The notes: a model not told the origin generated them from the sequence alone. A DNA stretch of 64,000 bases from Octopus sinensis (GCF_006345805.1 NC_043001.1:121830001-121894000); one strand, 5' to 3'. Positions 10,503 to 23,764 are shown, counted from the first letter of the stretch. Numbers and translations: made by a program.

Positions 10503-12134
10503 TAATTTTAACAATTGAGGGTAAAATTAATTAATTAATCAATTTCACAAGTATTCAGTATGCAAAGGGACCATTTAAGGCGAATTCAAATTATTACATA
10601 TATAAAAGGGCTTAGTAAAATAAATTACTTTGCCGCATACTGAACTCATTAGAAATAGCAGCTAAAAAAACTTTTTTAAAACTATTTCCAATACTTAAAG
10701 AAAACCTCTCTCATATAGTGTTTGCTCAACTCAACTCACGAAAGTAGGGGGAGAGACATAAAAAAATCAAATGCAAAGGTTATTTGAGAACGTACGTTTC
10801 AAGATTAGTCAAAACCGACATTTCTATCATCAGCTCAGAACTCCCTGGTTTGGATTTGAAAACACTGAAAGTGGGAGCATACCCTTTCGGCTTGTTATCA
10901 CTTCTGAAGATCTGCTCGATACTAACAGTGCCAACAAATTCAAATATGCAAGCGAAGAATTTCTGCTCTCCCCTTTCCACCAGCGTGGGCTAAAATCAGC
11001 AAACACTATGCTTTTTTCGGTAAAATCCGAGGCATTATATAGAGAAAGACGAATTATAATTTTAACAATTGAGGGTAAAATTAATTAATTAATCAATTTC
11101 ACCAAGTATTCAGTATGCAAAGGGACCATTTAAGGCGAATTCAAATTATTACATTATATAAAAGGGCTTAGTAAAATAAATTACTTTGCCGCATACGAAC
11201 TCATTAGAAATAGCAGCCTAAAAAACTTTTTTAAAACTATTTCCAATACTAAAGAAAACCTCTCTCATATAGTGTTTGCTCACTCAACTCACGAAAGTAT
11301 GGGGGAAGAGACATTAAAACTCAGGGAGTTCTGAGCTGATGATAGAAATGTCGGTTTTGACTAATCTTGAAACGTACGTTCTCAAATAACCTTTGCATTT
11401 GATTTTTTTAATGTCTCTTCCCCCATACTTTCGTGAGTTGAGTTGAGCAAACACTATATGAGAGAGGTTTTCTTTAAGTATTGGAAATAGTTTTAAAAAA
11501 GTTTTTTTAGCTGCTATTTCTAATGAGTTCAGTATGCGGCAAAGTAATTTATTTTACTAAGCCCTTTTATATAATGTAATAATTTGAATTCGCCTTAAAT
11601 GGTCCCTTTGCATACTGAATACTTGGTGAAATTGATTAATTAATTAATTTTACCCTCAATTGTTAAAATTATAATTCGTCTTTCTATATAATGCCTCGGA
11701 TTTTACCGAAAAAAGCATATGTTTGCTGATTTTAGCCCACGCTGGTGGAAGGGGGGGAGAGCAGAAATTCTTCGCTTGCATATTTGAATGTGTGGCACTG
11801 TTAGTATCGAGCAGATCTTCAGAAGTGATAACAAGCCGAAAGGGTATGCTCCCACTTTCAGTGTTTTCAAATCCAAACCAGGGAGTTCTGAGCTGATGAT
11901 AGAAATGTCGGTTTTGACTAATCTTGAACGTACGTTCTCAAATAACCTTTGCATTTGATTTTTTTAATGTCTCTTCCCCCATACTCTTCGGTTGATTGAG
12001 TTGAGCAACACACTATATGAGAGAGGTTTTCTTTAAGTATTGGAAATAGTTTTAAAAAAGTTTTTTTAGCTGCTATTTCTAATGAGTTCAGTATGCGGCA
12101 AAGTAATTTATTTTACTAAGCCCTTTTATATAAT
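10501..12134. repeat. Foldback of a ~554-bp tandem unit (about 1.5 units forward, then 1.5 units inverted) within (TA)n
   Basis: Unit start 'tataattttaacaattgagggt' at 10501 and 11055; orientation switches at ~11320; reverse-complement unit boundary at 11673; ends in (TA)n at ~12134. Confidence 0.9.
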
Positions 12135-12159
12135 ATATATATATATATATATATAATAA

Positions 12160-12382
12160 ATGCACCCTTTTAAAGCGTAGCCAGGCTCATGGGTCCGGTT
12201 TCCCGGTTTCAATGGCGTATTTGTTCCCCACCTGGACGGGACGCCAGTCCATCGCAACGTTACTCCTTTTTGCGAGCTGAGTGGACTGGACCAATGTGAA
12301 ATGAAGTGTTTTGTTCAAGAACACAACGCGTCGCCCGGTCCAGGAATCGAAACCACAATCTTACGATCATGATGCTGGTGCA
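12160..12382 (-). mobile_element. SINE-like element, family D
   Basis: 'ctggacgggacgcc.gtcc..gaaatg.agt.ttttg.tcaaga.cac.acgcgtc..gaatcgaaa' is shared with 25955-26165. Confidence 0.6.
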
Positions 12383-12694
12383 TATGTGTGTGTATGTGTG
12401 TGTGTGTGTGATCATTTATGTGATTGTATATAAGTATGTAATTAATTGTTATTAATGTTGTTTTAGTCTTAGTTATTTTTTGAGTAACTTCGACTCAGAA
12501 ATCATCCTCATCTTCACCTCAAAAGACATAACACTCCATAGACATAAATCTCCTGTATAACCTCCCCATTCTGTCCTGATTCATACTTACATACACACCG
12601 AGTGCAAAGGTATCTGAGTCGCTTCGAATCTACGAGGCTACCATTCCTTTAATCTTCCGGCAATGTCAACCAGAAAGTTTCTATCTCACTAACC

Positions 12695-12734
<40 letters not shown>

Positions 12735-12789
12735 CTCTCTTGCTCTTTCTCTCTCCTCCCCCCTCTCTCTCTCCGGGATTAAAATTCCA

Positions 12790-13125
12790 ATCTTTGGAAG
12801 CAAGCCATGATGCATACCATTCTAATAAGACCATCTCCTTTGACCATGCCAACCCTGCCAATTACTATCTCGTTTAACTCTCCTTTCTTGTCGCAAAGGT
12901 GATGGTCACTCTTTAATAATCACCTTTTCCAACACCCTGACCCATTCTCTCCTTCTTAATGACAGCCTTCATAAAGGCAAATTTACAGATTTACTCTCTC
13001 TTACTAAGCAGTGGACTCGTGTTTTCGAAAGAATTGCTGAAAGCAGCATTGCTGCCTTCGACATTAGCAAAGTTTTGACCAAGTTTACCAAAGACCTTGA
13101 GCAAAGGTCTATCTTTCAGACCAAA
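12790..13125 (+). pseudogene. Decayed CR1-group LINE reverse-transcriptase fragment
   Basis: Hand-translated pieces 'DHANPANY..VAKVM' and 'LLSLTKQWTRVFERIAESSIAAFDISKV' resemble the NYRPI..K / D.SKAFD RT motifs. Confidence 0.5.
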
Positions 13126-13351
13126 CCAATTAAAAAGCCGAAAGGACCAAAAGCGAAGTCAGCTCCAGCATAATTTAAATTTAGAAGGATAAAAGTAAGA
13201 GGAACATACGTGGCTAAATGTTGTAAGGCATTTAGTCCGGCGATAGGCCGGTCCTGCCATTCTATTCTTTATTTCTTATGGAAAACCAAGCGAGAACTAA
13301 TAAGTAAGTGTAAAGTAAATATAAAGCATTGCCTCACTTTCCAAGAGAGTA

Positions 13352-13882
13352 CCGTAAATCTTCGAGTATAGTCCGCCCTTGAGTATAATACGCAGGGGAT
13401 TTTTAGGGAGCTGTACTTCTGAAAAACCTAAACCTTGTGTATAATACGCACCCCTTCTCTAACTTGAGTCGTGCGTAATCAAGCCAGCAGCCCCTAGTCG
13501 AACAAACACTTCCGCGCATGCGTAATACAATAATGGTGGTGATGTTAACTGTTATATGGGAATGTAAATAGGTTTGAAAATTGTTTTAATTGTTTTTGTT
13601 ACATGTTATTCTGTGTTCTGAATACTTTTATTTTAATAAATGTTGCTTACTGCAAGTTATGGATGATTCTTTTATGACTTCATAGCGTTCAGGCTTAGCT
13701 TAAGGTATTTTCGTGCCCGACATCACAAAATGCGTCTGAATAAACATTGCCGGACAGCAAATAGGGACCCGGACATTGCTTAGAAAATATTTTTCATTTT
13801 TAACCTCGTATATAGTACGCACTAGGGATTTTGACCTTTAAATTTTGGGAAAAAAGTGCGGATTATACTCGACGATTTACGG
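13352..13882. mobile_element. Tc1/mariner-pogo-type MITE, copy 2
   Basis: TIRs 'ccgtaaatcttcgagtatagtccgc' / 'gcggattatactcgacgatttacgg' with TA flanks; body aligns with 6924-7390. Confidence 0.85.
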
Positions 13883-13930
13883 TATTTTCAATAAAAAATA
13901 AATAAATATGTGAGAAAAAAATTTGTTTTA

Positions 13931-15180
13931 TTAGGTTGGCAAGAAAGTAATTTTGTTTTTCGCAAATAGAGTTACGATTCTTTTGAAAGATTTTTGTCAA
14001 TGGTATGATTTTTTTCCTTTTGACATTTAATAGCCGTTACTTTTAGTTTACCTTAGAAGCAAATTACGAGTAATTTTGTTTACAGCTGTTAGTTCAGTGT
14101 CCATTTTAACATGGAGTGTAAAAACGAACATTTCATGTTTTGCTTTTTTATTTTTATTTCCGCAAAGGCAAGAAAGCTGCTGAGGCCCACAAAAAGATAT
14201 GTGAAGTTTATGGTGTTGATTGCTTAAAAGAATACGCATGTCAGAAATGGTTTTTTAAATTCCGTTATAGAGATTTTTCACTCAAAGATGACCAACGTTC
14301 TGATCGACCTACTGAAGTTGATGATGACCGAATCAAAGTTATAACTGAACCTGATTGCCATACAACTGTGCGAGAGATTGCAGAGAGGTTAAATGTATCA
14401 CACGCAACAACTGAAAATTACTAAAATGTCTTGGACTCGATATTTGGGTTCCACATAGATTGAAAGAGATTCACTTAACACAACGAAACAATATTTGCAA
14501 TATGCATCTTAAACGCAATTTACCGTTTTTGAAATGAATCATCATTGGTAAGGGAAAATGGATTGTTTACAATAACATCAATCGAAAACAATCATGGTCC
14601 AAGCGTAATGGACCAGCACAAACCACACCGAAAGCTGAATTGCATCAAAAAAAGTCATGCTGTCAATTTGGTGGGATTACATAGATATACATGTATATCT
14701 TGAGCTGCTTTCAAGGAACCAAACAATCAATTCAGATGTTTACTGTCAACAACTAATGAAACTGGAGGAAGCAAGCAAAGAAAAGTGACCAGAATTGGCA
14801 AATCGTAAAGGAAATGTGTTCCACTATGACAACACTAGACCACACACGTCTTTGCTAACTCGTGAAAAATTATTGGAGCTTGGTTGGGAAGTGATGCCAC
14901 ATCCACCATAAAGCCCTGACCTTGCACCATCAGATTACTATTTATTTCAAAGTTTGCAAAATTCTTTGAATGGTAAAACTTTCAATAATGCTGATGACCT
15001 GAAATCGCACGTGCTTCAGTTTTTGACTGATAAGGACCAGAAGTTCTATAAACTCGGAATCATAAATTTGCCAGAAAGCTGCCAAAAGGTCATCGAACAA
15101 AATGGAAAATATATAATTAATTAAAGTTCATTCTTTGCATGAAAAAAAAAATGACTTTTATTTCACACTAAAAAACTGAA
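13931..15180 (+). mobile_element. Decayed mariner (DD34D) transposon; transposase remnant ~14111-15124
   Basis: Left TIR-like 'ta|ttaggttggcaagaaagtaatt'; motifs 'RKGKKAAEAHKKICEVYG', 'WVPH', 'KVMLSIWWD', 'HYDNTRPH', 'HPPYSPDLAPSDYYLF'; stops and frameshifts present; right TIR not found. Confidence 0.9.
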
Positions 15181-16124
15181 AATATGAATGTTCATTATTT
15201 CAGTAAAACCGATCTTGTACTCCACAGGTACTTAACAGTAACGAACCAGGAAGTATGGAAGGCAAAAATCGAACATGGAGGAGGTGTAAACTCAGAATGT
15301 AAAGGCGGCTGAGTAAATACTGATCGGGTATAGAATTTTTCGTTTAGGGATCCCCAAACTAGTGTTGTAATTTTCACACCCATTGCTGTCCTTTTAATTG
15401 AAGATAATATTGTTTAACTCCTTGATAAGGGTTGACGCAAATATGCGATCACACTTTTGCTTGCTTACCCGCGGTTAACATAAATATACGATGTAGAGCT
15501 GTCCTGCATCTATCATGGACTTTTTAGCGGCTGACGTATGTTTACGTTCGCTATCGCGTACTTTATCTCTTGAGGTGCGGGCGCTCGCCGTCCCGTGCAT
15601 TATCCTAGCTATTTTAGGTTACGTTCAAGTCATGAGACTAGCAGTAGACCAATGACATGCGGCTACTTTACATGCATAATACCATGTTTTGAGTTGTACC
15701 ACACGCAGGCTATTTTTTTTAACCTGAGCAGAATAACTCGTGCATATCATATTATGATAAATAGCTTCACATAGTTCGTTTTCATAAACCGGTAGACGTA
15801 AATGTACGACACTATGTTATTGTAACGGTGAACGTAAATAGACGCGAACTCGTTGGCACTTGTGTGTTTGTATGGCCCTAGATAAAAAAAACCGGAGCAG
15901 TGTCTCGCATGCTTCGGGTAATACCGGCGTCAAGGAGTTAACCAAGAAAACGCAACAGGACAATATGCAAATGCTGAAAGATACTTTTGTCTGATATTCT
16001 AACGATTCAGACATTCTGCCACATTTTGCAATTATATTCTTTTACTTACAGCCTTTCATATGTTTTTGAAAATAAAATATCCCCAATTTAACCATCTTTA
16101 TCTTTAATCATTTGCTTTTTATCA

Positions 16125-16212
16125 TTTACTTGTTTCAGTCATTAGACTGCGGCCGTGCTGGGGCACTGCCCTGAAGAATTTTTAGTCGAATGAATCGACT
16201 TCCAGTACTGTT

Positions 16213-16287
<75 letters not shown>

Positions 16288-16338
16288 ATATATATATATA
16301 TATTATATATATATATATATTATATATATATATATATA

Positions 16339-16378
<40 letters not shown>

Positions 16379-16720
16379 CTGGTACTTATTCTATCGGTCT
16401 CTTTTGGTGAACTGCAAAGTTAACGTGAACGTAAACACAACACCCTCTCTCAAGAGGTGTTGGGGGACAAACACAGACAAAGACAAACCACACAGACACA
16501 CTCACACACACAGACACACACACACTCACTCGCACACTCACTCGCACACACACACACACACTCACACACACACGACGGGCTTCTCTGAGTTTCCTTCTAC
16601 CAAATCCACTCACAAGTGTTTGATTGGCTTGAGGCTATAGTAGAAGATATTTGCCCGAGATGCCAGTAAGAGTGAACCTGAAACCATGTGGTTGGAAATT
16701 ACAATACGATCACGCCTAAA
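16125..16720 (-). mobile_element. SINE family B with internal (TA)n and (CA)n expansions
   Basis: Tail 'tttacttgtttcagtcattagactgcggcc', body 'ctatcggtctcttttg', head 'gaaccatgtggttgg'. Confidence 0.75.
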
Positions 16721-17337
16721 AAAAATTGATCCAGACCATATGGATGGAAGTTTTCCTGTTTTGTTAAGAGCTTTCGCTGTTTTGGGTTTTTCAAGCACAT
16801 TCGTAGAGTTGTAGTCGTTTTTTGTAGCGATGTTGTCTATTTTCGGTTTTGTTTCGAATTTAGAATTATTATAAAGTATTTTTCTTTTGTTACTTTCGCG
16901 GTTGTTCACGTTCTTCGTTCGTTTTGAATCAAAACTCTATTTTGAATTTTCCATTTGCAGAAATGTCTGGATCAGTGTCCGGCGAACCGGGGTAAATCAC
17001 CCCAAGTGGGGGTAAAAATGAAATTATTGGAGTAACGAGGACTCATTAGGCATAAGTAAGATTATATGAAGAACGTGTTCTTTGTTACAATAGAAAATTT
17101 TCTTCTGGCAACATAGTATCTGTCCAATAACGGACGTGTAAATAAATTCATATAAATAGATTCAATAAAACAGATTTAATAGATCTTTTGAATTAAAAAA
17201 ATCTATGATTTCCTCCCTTTCAACTCACGGGGGAAACGTCGGTGTAAATAAATATATTTTGGCGTAATTGATTAAAAGAAGTTCCCTGGCTCCTGGTCTC
17301 GATGTTTCACAACTCGTAAATTTCTAAGGGATGAAAT

Positions 17338-18901
17338 CTAGATCCAAGGCTCCTTCACTGGAATTTCAACATCAACAACAGGGTATTTTTGTTTGTATGA
17401 ATATATGTATGATTTAGTGGAACTGTAAAAATATTTAAAACTTAGCAGAAATTTATCGTTTAAATATATATGAGCATGTCCAGACATGTAACTATATGCA
17501 TGAGAATGCATACATAAAACATACAAATCTTCACATACATACAGACATACATACATACATACATACACACGAAAATACCCTGTTGTTGATGTTGAAATTC
17601 CAATGAAGGAACCTTGGAACTAGGTTAGAAACCGGTTCTTTCTCTATTGGCAAGAAATCTTAAAATAAACTGAATGACATACATACATACATACATACAT
17701 ACATACATACATACATACATACATACAAACAAAAACACCCTGTTGTTGATGTTGAAATTGCAATGAAGGAACCTTGGATCTAGGTTAGAAACCGGTCCTT
17801 TCTCTATTGGCAAGAAATCTTAAAATAAACTGAATGACATACATACATACATACAAAAACACCCTGTTGTTGATGTTGAAATTGCAATGAAGGAACCTTG
17901 GAACTAGTTAGAAACCGGTTCTTTCTCTATTGGCAAGAAATCTTAAAATAAACTGAATGACATACATACATACATACATACAAAAACCACCCTGTTGTTG
18001 ATGTTGAAATTGCAATGAAGAACCTTGGAACTAGGTTAGAAACCGGTTCTTTCTCTATTGGCAAGAAATCTAAAATAAACTGAATGACATACATACATAC
18101 ATACTACATACATACATACATACATACATACATACATACATACATACATACATACATACAAACAAAAACACCCTGTTGTTGATGTTGAAATTGCAATGAA
18201 GGAACCTTGGATCTAGGTTAGAAACCGGTCCTTTCTCTATTGGCAAGAAATCTTAAAATAAACTGAATGACATACATACATACATACATACAAAAACACC
18301 CTGTTGTTGATGTTGAAATTGCAATGAAGGAACCTTGGAACTAGGTTAGAAACCGGTTCTTTCTCTATTGGCAAGAAATCTTAAAATAAACTGAATGACA
18401 TACATACATACATACATACAAAAACACCCTGTTGTTGATGTTGAAATTGCAATGAAGGAACCTTGGAACTAGGTTAGAAACCGGTCCTTTCTCTATTGGC
18501 AAGAAATCTTAAAATAAACTGAATGACATACATACATACATACATACATACAAAAGCACCCTGTTGTTGATGTTGAAATTGCAATGAAGGAACCTTGGAA
18601 CTAGGTTAGAAACCGGTTCTTTCTCTATTGGCAAGAAATCTTAAAATAAACTGAATGACATACATACATACATACATACATACATACATACATACATACA
18701 TACATACATACATACATACATACAAACAAAAACACCCTGTTGTTGATGTTGAAATTGCAATGAAGGAACCTTGGAACTAGGTTAGAAACCGGTTCTTTCT
18801 CTATTGGCAAGAAATCTTAAAATAAACTGAATGACATACATACATACATACATACATACATACATACATACATACATACATACATACATACATACATACA
18901 T
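17338..18901. repeat. VNTR: 9 copies of a ~105-bp unit separated by variable (CATA)n, preceded by an inverted half-unit
   Basis: Unit 'accctgttgttgatgttgaaattgcaatgaaggaaccttgg..aaataaactgaatga' starts near 17577, 17737, 17861, 17989, 18170, 18298, 18426, 18558, 18734; inverted half at 17338-17392. Confidence 0.95.
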
Positions 18902-18904
18902 TCA

Positions 18905-19400
18905 TGCTCACAGCTTTGAAAACAAGCAATTTTGGTGGAACACTCCAATAAAAACAGCAATTCGGTGCAAATATAACAGACCTGATATTGTTCTGCGAGA
19001 CAGGAAACGAACGTCATGCATTGTTGTAGAGGTCAGCTGCCGGGCGGATGTGAATGTACAATCAAACGTCCAGGAAAGAGAACATTTGTGGTGAATTAAT
19101 GAAGAACTTACAGCTCTTGTAGTTACCCTGACTATGAATTCTCATTCGTACCTATTATCATAGGTGCATGAGGTTTAAGTACCAACAAATTTACACAAAA
19201 TCCTAGAAATACTCGGTTTCACGGAGAAAGAGCAAAAGAAAGTGACGCGGGTTATCCAGATCCAATATCTGTTAGTGGCACAGTGATGATGTGTAAGATA
19301 TTCGAAAGATTCTCTGCGTGAGACCCTTTAGGTGAATAGATGCACATACCTGAGTGTGGGCATCGAAAATTCAACCAACACACCAACCCAGCCACATATT
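18905..19400 (+). mobile_element. RLE-type non-LTR retrotransposon 3' fragment
   Basis: 'FWWNTPIKTAIRCKYNRPDIVLRDRKRTSCIVVEVSCRADVNV', then frameshifted 'ELMKNLQLL' and 'PDYEFSFVPIIIGA'. Confidence 0.75.
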
Positions 19401-19529
19401 TACGAACAGGGGTGGGGGGAATCTCTTAACTCAGAAAATTTTGTCGCTTTGTTGGCCGCCATTTTGAACTCTCTTAAAAAGAATTTAAAGTAAAACTCAA
19501 AGAAAAAAAAAGAAACATTCACACACACT

Positions 19530-19950
19530 GACAGACACAAACAGACACAGACACGCATACACACACAAACACACAAATACGCTCACACACGCAGACACAC
19601 ACACATACACACATGCACTCACAGTCACACACACACACACACACTCTCTTTTTGTCTCTCTCTCTATTTGTCCCACTCTCTATTTCTCTCTCTCTCTCTC
19701 TCTATTTGTCTCTCTCTCCCTCTCTCTGCCTGTCTGTCTCTGTCTCTCTCTTACACACACACACACACACACTCTATCTCTCTCTTTCTCTCTCTCTTTG
19801 TCTGTCTTTCTCTGTCTCTGTCTCACTCTCTCTATCTCTTTCTCTTTGTCTCTCTCTCTGTCTCTGTTTATCTCTGTCTCTGTCTATCTCTGTCTCTGTC
19901 TCTGTGTCTCTGTCTCTCTCTCACACGCACACACTCACACACACATGTAC
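19530..19950. repeat. Degenerate (CA)n/(CT)n low-complexity tract
   Basis: Read directly from the sequence. Confidence 0.9.
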
Positions 19951-21124
19951 ATCAGAAGTAACTGGCTGCCATGATACTCTCGGTACTTTGTCTACATTTG
20001 AATTGCACAGAAATACTGACAGGTTATAATAATCTAGTTACGCCAGCTACGATATACTGTAATCTGTATTTCGTGAAAGCACTAGCAAGCCGTTTAGTTA
20101 GCAGAATACAGAGTAGAAAGGTACACACACACACACATACACAGAGCATGAGGGACACGGAGGGGAAAGAGAGAGAGAGAGAGAGAAGGAGATGTGGCAC
20201 AGATAAAAATAAGCAAATAGCAAAACAGACAGATAAAGAGAGACATATAGACAGACATAGATACAGACAGATAGACAGACTCAGACTGGTTGATACCTAG
20301 CTAGCTAAACAGATAAATTGCTAGGTACATAACAAATACGTCTACATGAATACAGTTCCATTTCGTGATTCCTAATTTAATCTCACCGGATGTGTTAGCT
20401 GAAGTCTTGCTATGCAGTCATTTTTATGCATTTCAACTGAATCCGGGATTCGTCATATTGACTGGTATTAATTTCAGCCTCCTGCTGTTTTATCCTAATA
20501 ATGTAGTCTTAATTAGTTCCGTTTTTCACTGCTGCTTTCTCGTTATTACCCGTAGTGTGTGTGGCACTGATGAATGTTGGTTAGTTCACCCACCTCCCTG
20601 TCTTTCCATTCTCCTACCTTTGTCTTTCACCCTTTCTTTTCTTCTCTCGCTCTCTCTCTCTCTCTGTCTAAAAGCAGTGAACTATATCAACAACACAGGT
20701 ACTTGTATACCGTCAAGTGGACAACGTAGCCGATTGTACCAGAGGCCTTGCTCTCTTCCTTTACTAAATTAGTGCTTATATAAGCTGTTTACTGATATAA
20801 ACTTACAGTATTACGTGACCACTTGTCACATAAAGGTCATAAATAATTACGTGCTTTCCTAGTCACCAACAGATATACTGACGATGATTTTTATATTCAT
20901 TCTTAATACTTTCTTGTAGATTCGAACGTGAATATGCAAACTGCTGTATTGTTGTATTTCATTATTGGAAAACAACTTCTCTTTTTCAGACGAACGTGTG
21001 TTCATAACACACTCGATCCATTAGTGTATGGGAACTTTGAGACACCGGTGTTTCGACATTGTTGTGTCTCCTCAGCCAAAGCTACCCAGGACTAGTGAAT
21101 TTAAGAAGAGTTCTTGACTCTTAC

Positions 21125-21338
21125 TCTTTTACTCTTTTATTTGTTTCAGTCATTTTGACAGCGGCCATGCTGGAGCACCGCCTTTAGTCGAATAAATCGA
21201 CTCCAGGACTTATTCTTTGTAAGCCTAGTACTTATTCTATCAGTCTCTTTTGCCGAACCGCTAAGTTACGGGGACGTAAGCACACCAGCATCGGTTGTCA
21301 AGCGATGTTGGGGGGACAAACACAGACACACACAGACA

Positions 21339-21369
<31 letters not shown>

Positions 21370-21393
21370 TACACACACACACACGCACACACA

Positions 21394-21434
<41 letters not shown>

Positions 21435-21600
21435 AATATATATATTCGACGGGGTTCTTTCAGTTTCCGTCCACCAAATCCACTCACAAGGCTTTGGTCG
21501 ACCCGAGGCTATAGCAGAAGACACTTGCCCAAGGTGCCACGCAGTGTGACCGAACCCGGAACTATGTGGTTGGCAAGCAAGCTACTTACCATACAGCCTT
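21125..21600 (-). mobile_element. SINE family B, full length
   Basis: tRNA-like head, 'ccttgggcaagtgtcttct' (CORE-SINE-like motif), internal (TG)n, '(gtaaaaga)n' tail. Confidence 0.9.
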
Positions 21601-21840
21601 GTTTATAACTTCAGCAAACAAATTATTTGCTGATGTGAGCTGATATTTTGTCAACTGATAATATAACAATCTATGTACGGTGAACAGTGAGAATCAAAAC
21701 GACGACTTATATATTAATTCTTAAAACGTTCCACCTGATTCAAGAGTGGTAACTATCTTACTACTGACTAACAAAGTCATGTATCACATTACTGGTAGTT
21801 AAGGGGCTACAGAATTATGTATTGTACTAATATGATAAGC

Positions 21841-22040
21841 GTGGAGGCGCAATGGCCCAATAATTAGGGCAGCTGACTCGCGGTCGGAGGATCGCGGTTT
21901 CGATTCCCAGATCGGACGTTGTGTGTGTTTATGAAGCGAAAACACCTAAAAGCTTCTCGAGGCTCCGGCTGGGGGTGGTGGTGACCCCTGTTGTACTCTT
22001 TCGTCCCAAATTTCTCTCACTCTCTCTTCCTGTTTCTTGG
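21841..22040 (+). mobile_element. SINE family C, 5' part
   Basis: 'ggaggcgcaatggcccaataattagggcagctgactcgcggtcggaggatcgcggtttcgattccc'. Confidence 0.8.
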
Positions 22041-22400
22041 GTAGCGCTGCGATGGACTGGCATCCGTCCAGCTGGGGGGAATACATACACCACAGAAACC
22101 GGGGAAGCTGGCCCCATGAGCCTGGCTAGGCTTGAAAAGAGCGACGTTTATCGTTAATATGATAAGCGGTATTCTAGTAAAAAATTGAGATGAAGCAAAT
22201 TTGGCAAACGAAAAAAAATTTTTTGTGCAATAATGACGCAGTTGACTGGCATTCGACAGATATGCAGGTCGTGTCATAATCAACAATAGGCAACAGAATC
22301 AGTGTTTCGAATAAAAATACATTGTAGTATTTAGTCTCGTTCAAATTATCTTCCTTCAGATCCAAATTGACTTTGCTATTTTTCTTGCGTGGTCAAAAAT

Positions 22401-22868
22401 ATATGCTAGTTTGCCACCAGGAGTAGCATCAACGAACTTTACACACTGGTGTTTTTGGTTGTTATACCATGAGTTGGCCTTATCAATCTTTTTCTTGGAC
22501 CCTTCTGTGCTATTCCAGGATTTACTCCTGTATAGCGGGCAGATCCTATTTGCATCATTCTCTATGATGGCCTTGTACTTAGCCCTAGCTCCATTTTTAC
22601 ACTCTAATCCAGTCTCTTAGGCCGTAGCCAGAGAATTGCATCCTTCATCCACCATATGTAATTCTCTGGCTACAACCAAAGGGACAGGATTAGAGTGCAT
22701 AAAGGGGACCAGAGCTAAGTATAAGGCCATCAGAAAGTATGATGCAAATGATACCTGCCCGCTATACAGGAGTAAATCCTGGAACAGCACAGGAAGGACC
22801 AAGGGAAAGATAGGTAAGGCCAACTCATGGTATGGCAACAAAAAATTCCTGGCGGCTAACTAGCATAT
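22401..22868. repeat. Diverged long inverted repeat (~230-bp arms, short loop)
   Basis: 22401-22640 is the diverged reverse complement of 22654-22868, e.g. 'gtagccagagaatt' / 'aattctctggctac' and 'ggatttactcctgtatagcgggcag' / 'ctgcccgctatacaggagtaaatcc'. Confidence 0.9.
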
Positions 22869-22970
22869 CTTTTTAGAAAAAGCATTAAAGTAAATCTATG
22901 GATTAAAGTAGTAGAAAGGCCAGAAACACCCATAAAATACCTGATCTGTAGTACTTATCTTTTCGATAGG

Positions 22971-23285
22971 TCACCATGTACGGAGAACCCACAGGTTAAC
23001 TGTAATATTAAGAATGTAGTCTATAACTTACAATGTACTGAGGGACGGTGCAGAAACAAGACAACAACTTATATTGAGAAGACGGCATGTAGCATAGGGG
23101 ATCGGATAAGTGAACACTGGCGGGAGCGTAAAGAGGAGAAAAGCACGTCAGTGTTCTACCAGCATGCTCATTTGGAACATGGAGGTTCGGTTGATAACAT
23201 AGAGATTAAGGTATTATCAATGCATAGAACAGACATGAGACTTAGATTACGGATGGAGCAACGTGGAATAAAATGTCTGGCTTAA
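22971..23285 (+). pseudogene. Penelope-like GIY-YIG endonuclease fragment
   Basis: Stop-free frame (no ATG start, so absent from the ORF track): 'NCNIKNVVYNLQCTEGRC..TTYIEKTACSIGDRISEHW..SVFYQHAHLEH..IKVL', matching the PLE VVY..C..C..YIG.T..R..EH pattern. Confidence 0.75.
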
Positions 23286-23764
23286 GGATACGATGCGCTG
23301 CCGGTAATAGAACTCGTGACTTTACAACTGTAAGCCGAATATCTTAAGCACTAAGCTACGCGCCTTCGCTAAGACAGAGAAGGGGGAATGGAAGAGAAGG
23401 AGGGGAGAGAGACGAGGAGAGGGGAAGAGAGCATGTCTGTGTATGTATGTTATGTGCGTGCGTGTGTATGAGTGTGCGTGTGCGTATGTGTGTGTGTACG
23501 TCGGTGAATTTCTTCCTTCTACCACCTTGTCTTTACGTTACCCCTATTTCTTTCTATACGCCCTACTAGTGGTTTTAATAATGATTATCGATTGAATGAA
23601 TACCACATTTGAAATAAGTTCCGAATTCGATTTGATCGACTAACCTTGTGGTTTTCAACCAATTTTTACCTATGGGTACCTTTCATTTTTTATTTTACTC
23701 TAATGGACCCACATAGCCATCTAATGTTCCAAATCAATTATATTTTCATAATTAAATATCATTC

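Noticed and set aside
10771-11954. ORFs MQRLFENV.. on both strands
   Set aside because: They arise from the inverted 554-bp unit and are frameshifted between copies.
16610-16909. 99-aa Lys/Asn-rich ORF
   Set aside because: Reflects strand-biased low complexity, runs into a SINE, and has no recognisable motif or splice support.
17572-18901. CRISPR-like repeat-spacer appearance
   Set aside because: Repeats are ~105 bp, spacers are pure (CATA)n, the context is eukaryotic and there are no cas genes.
21841-21915. tRNA gene (also SINE heads at 1240-1316, 10220-10295 and 48343-48420)
   Set aside because: The tRNA-like heads continue into shared SINE bodies and I could not fold a full cloverleaf; treated as SINEs.
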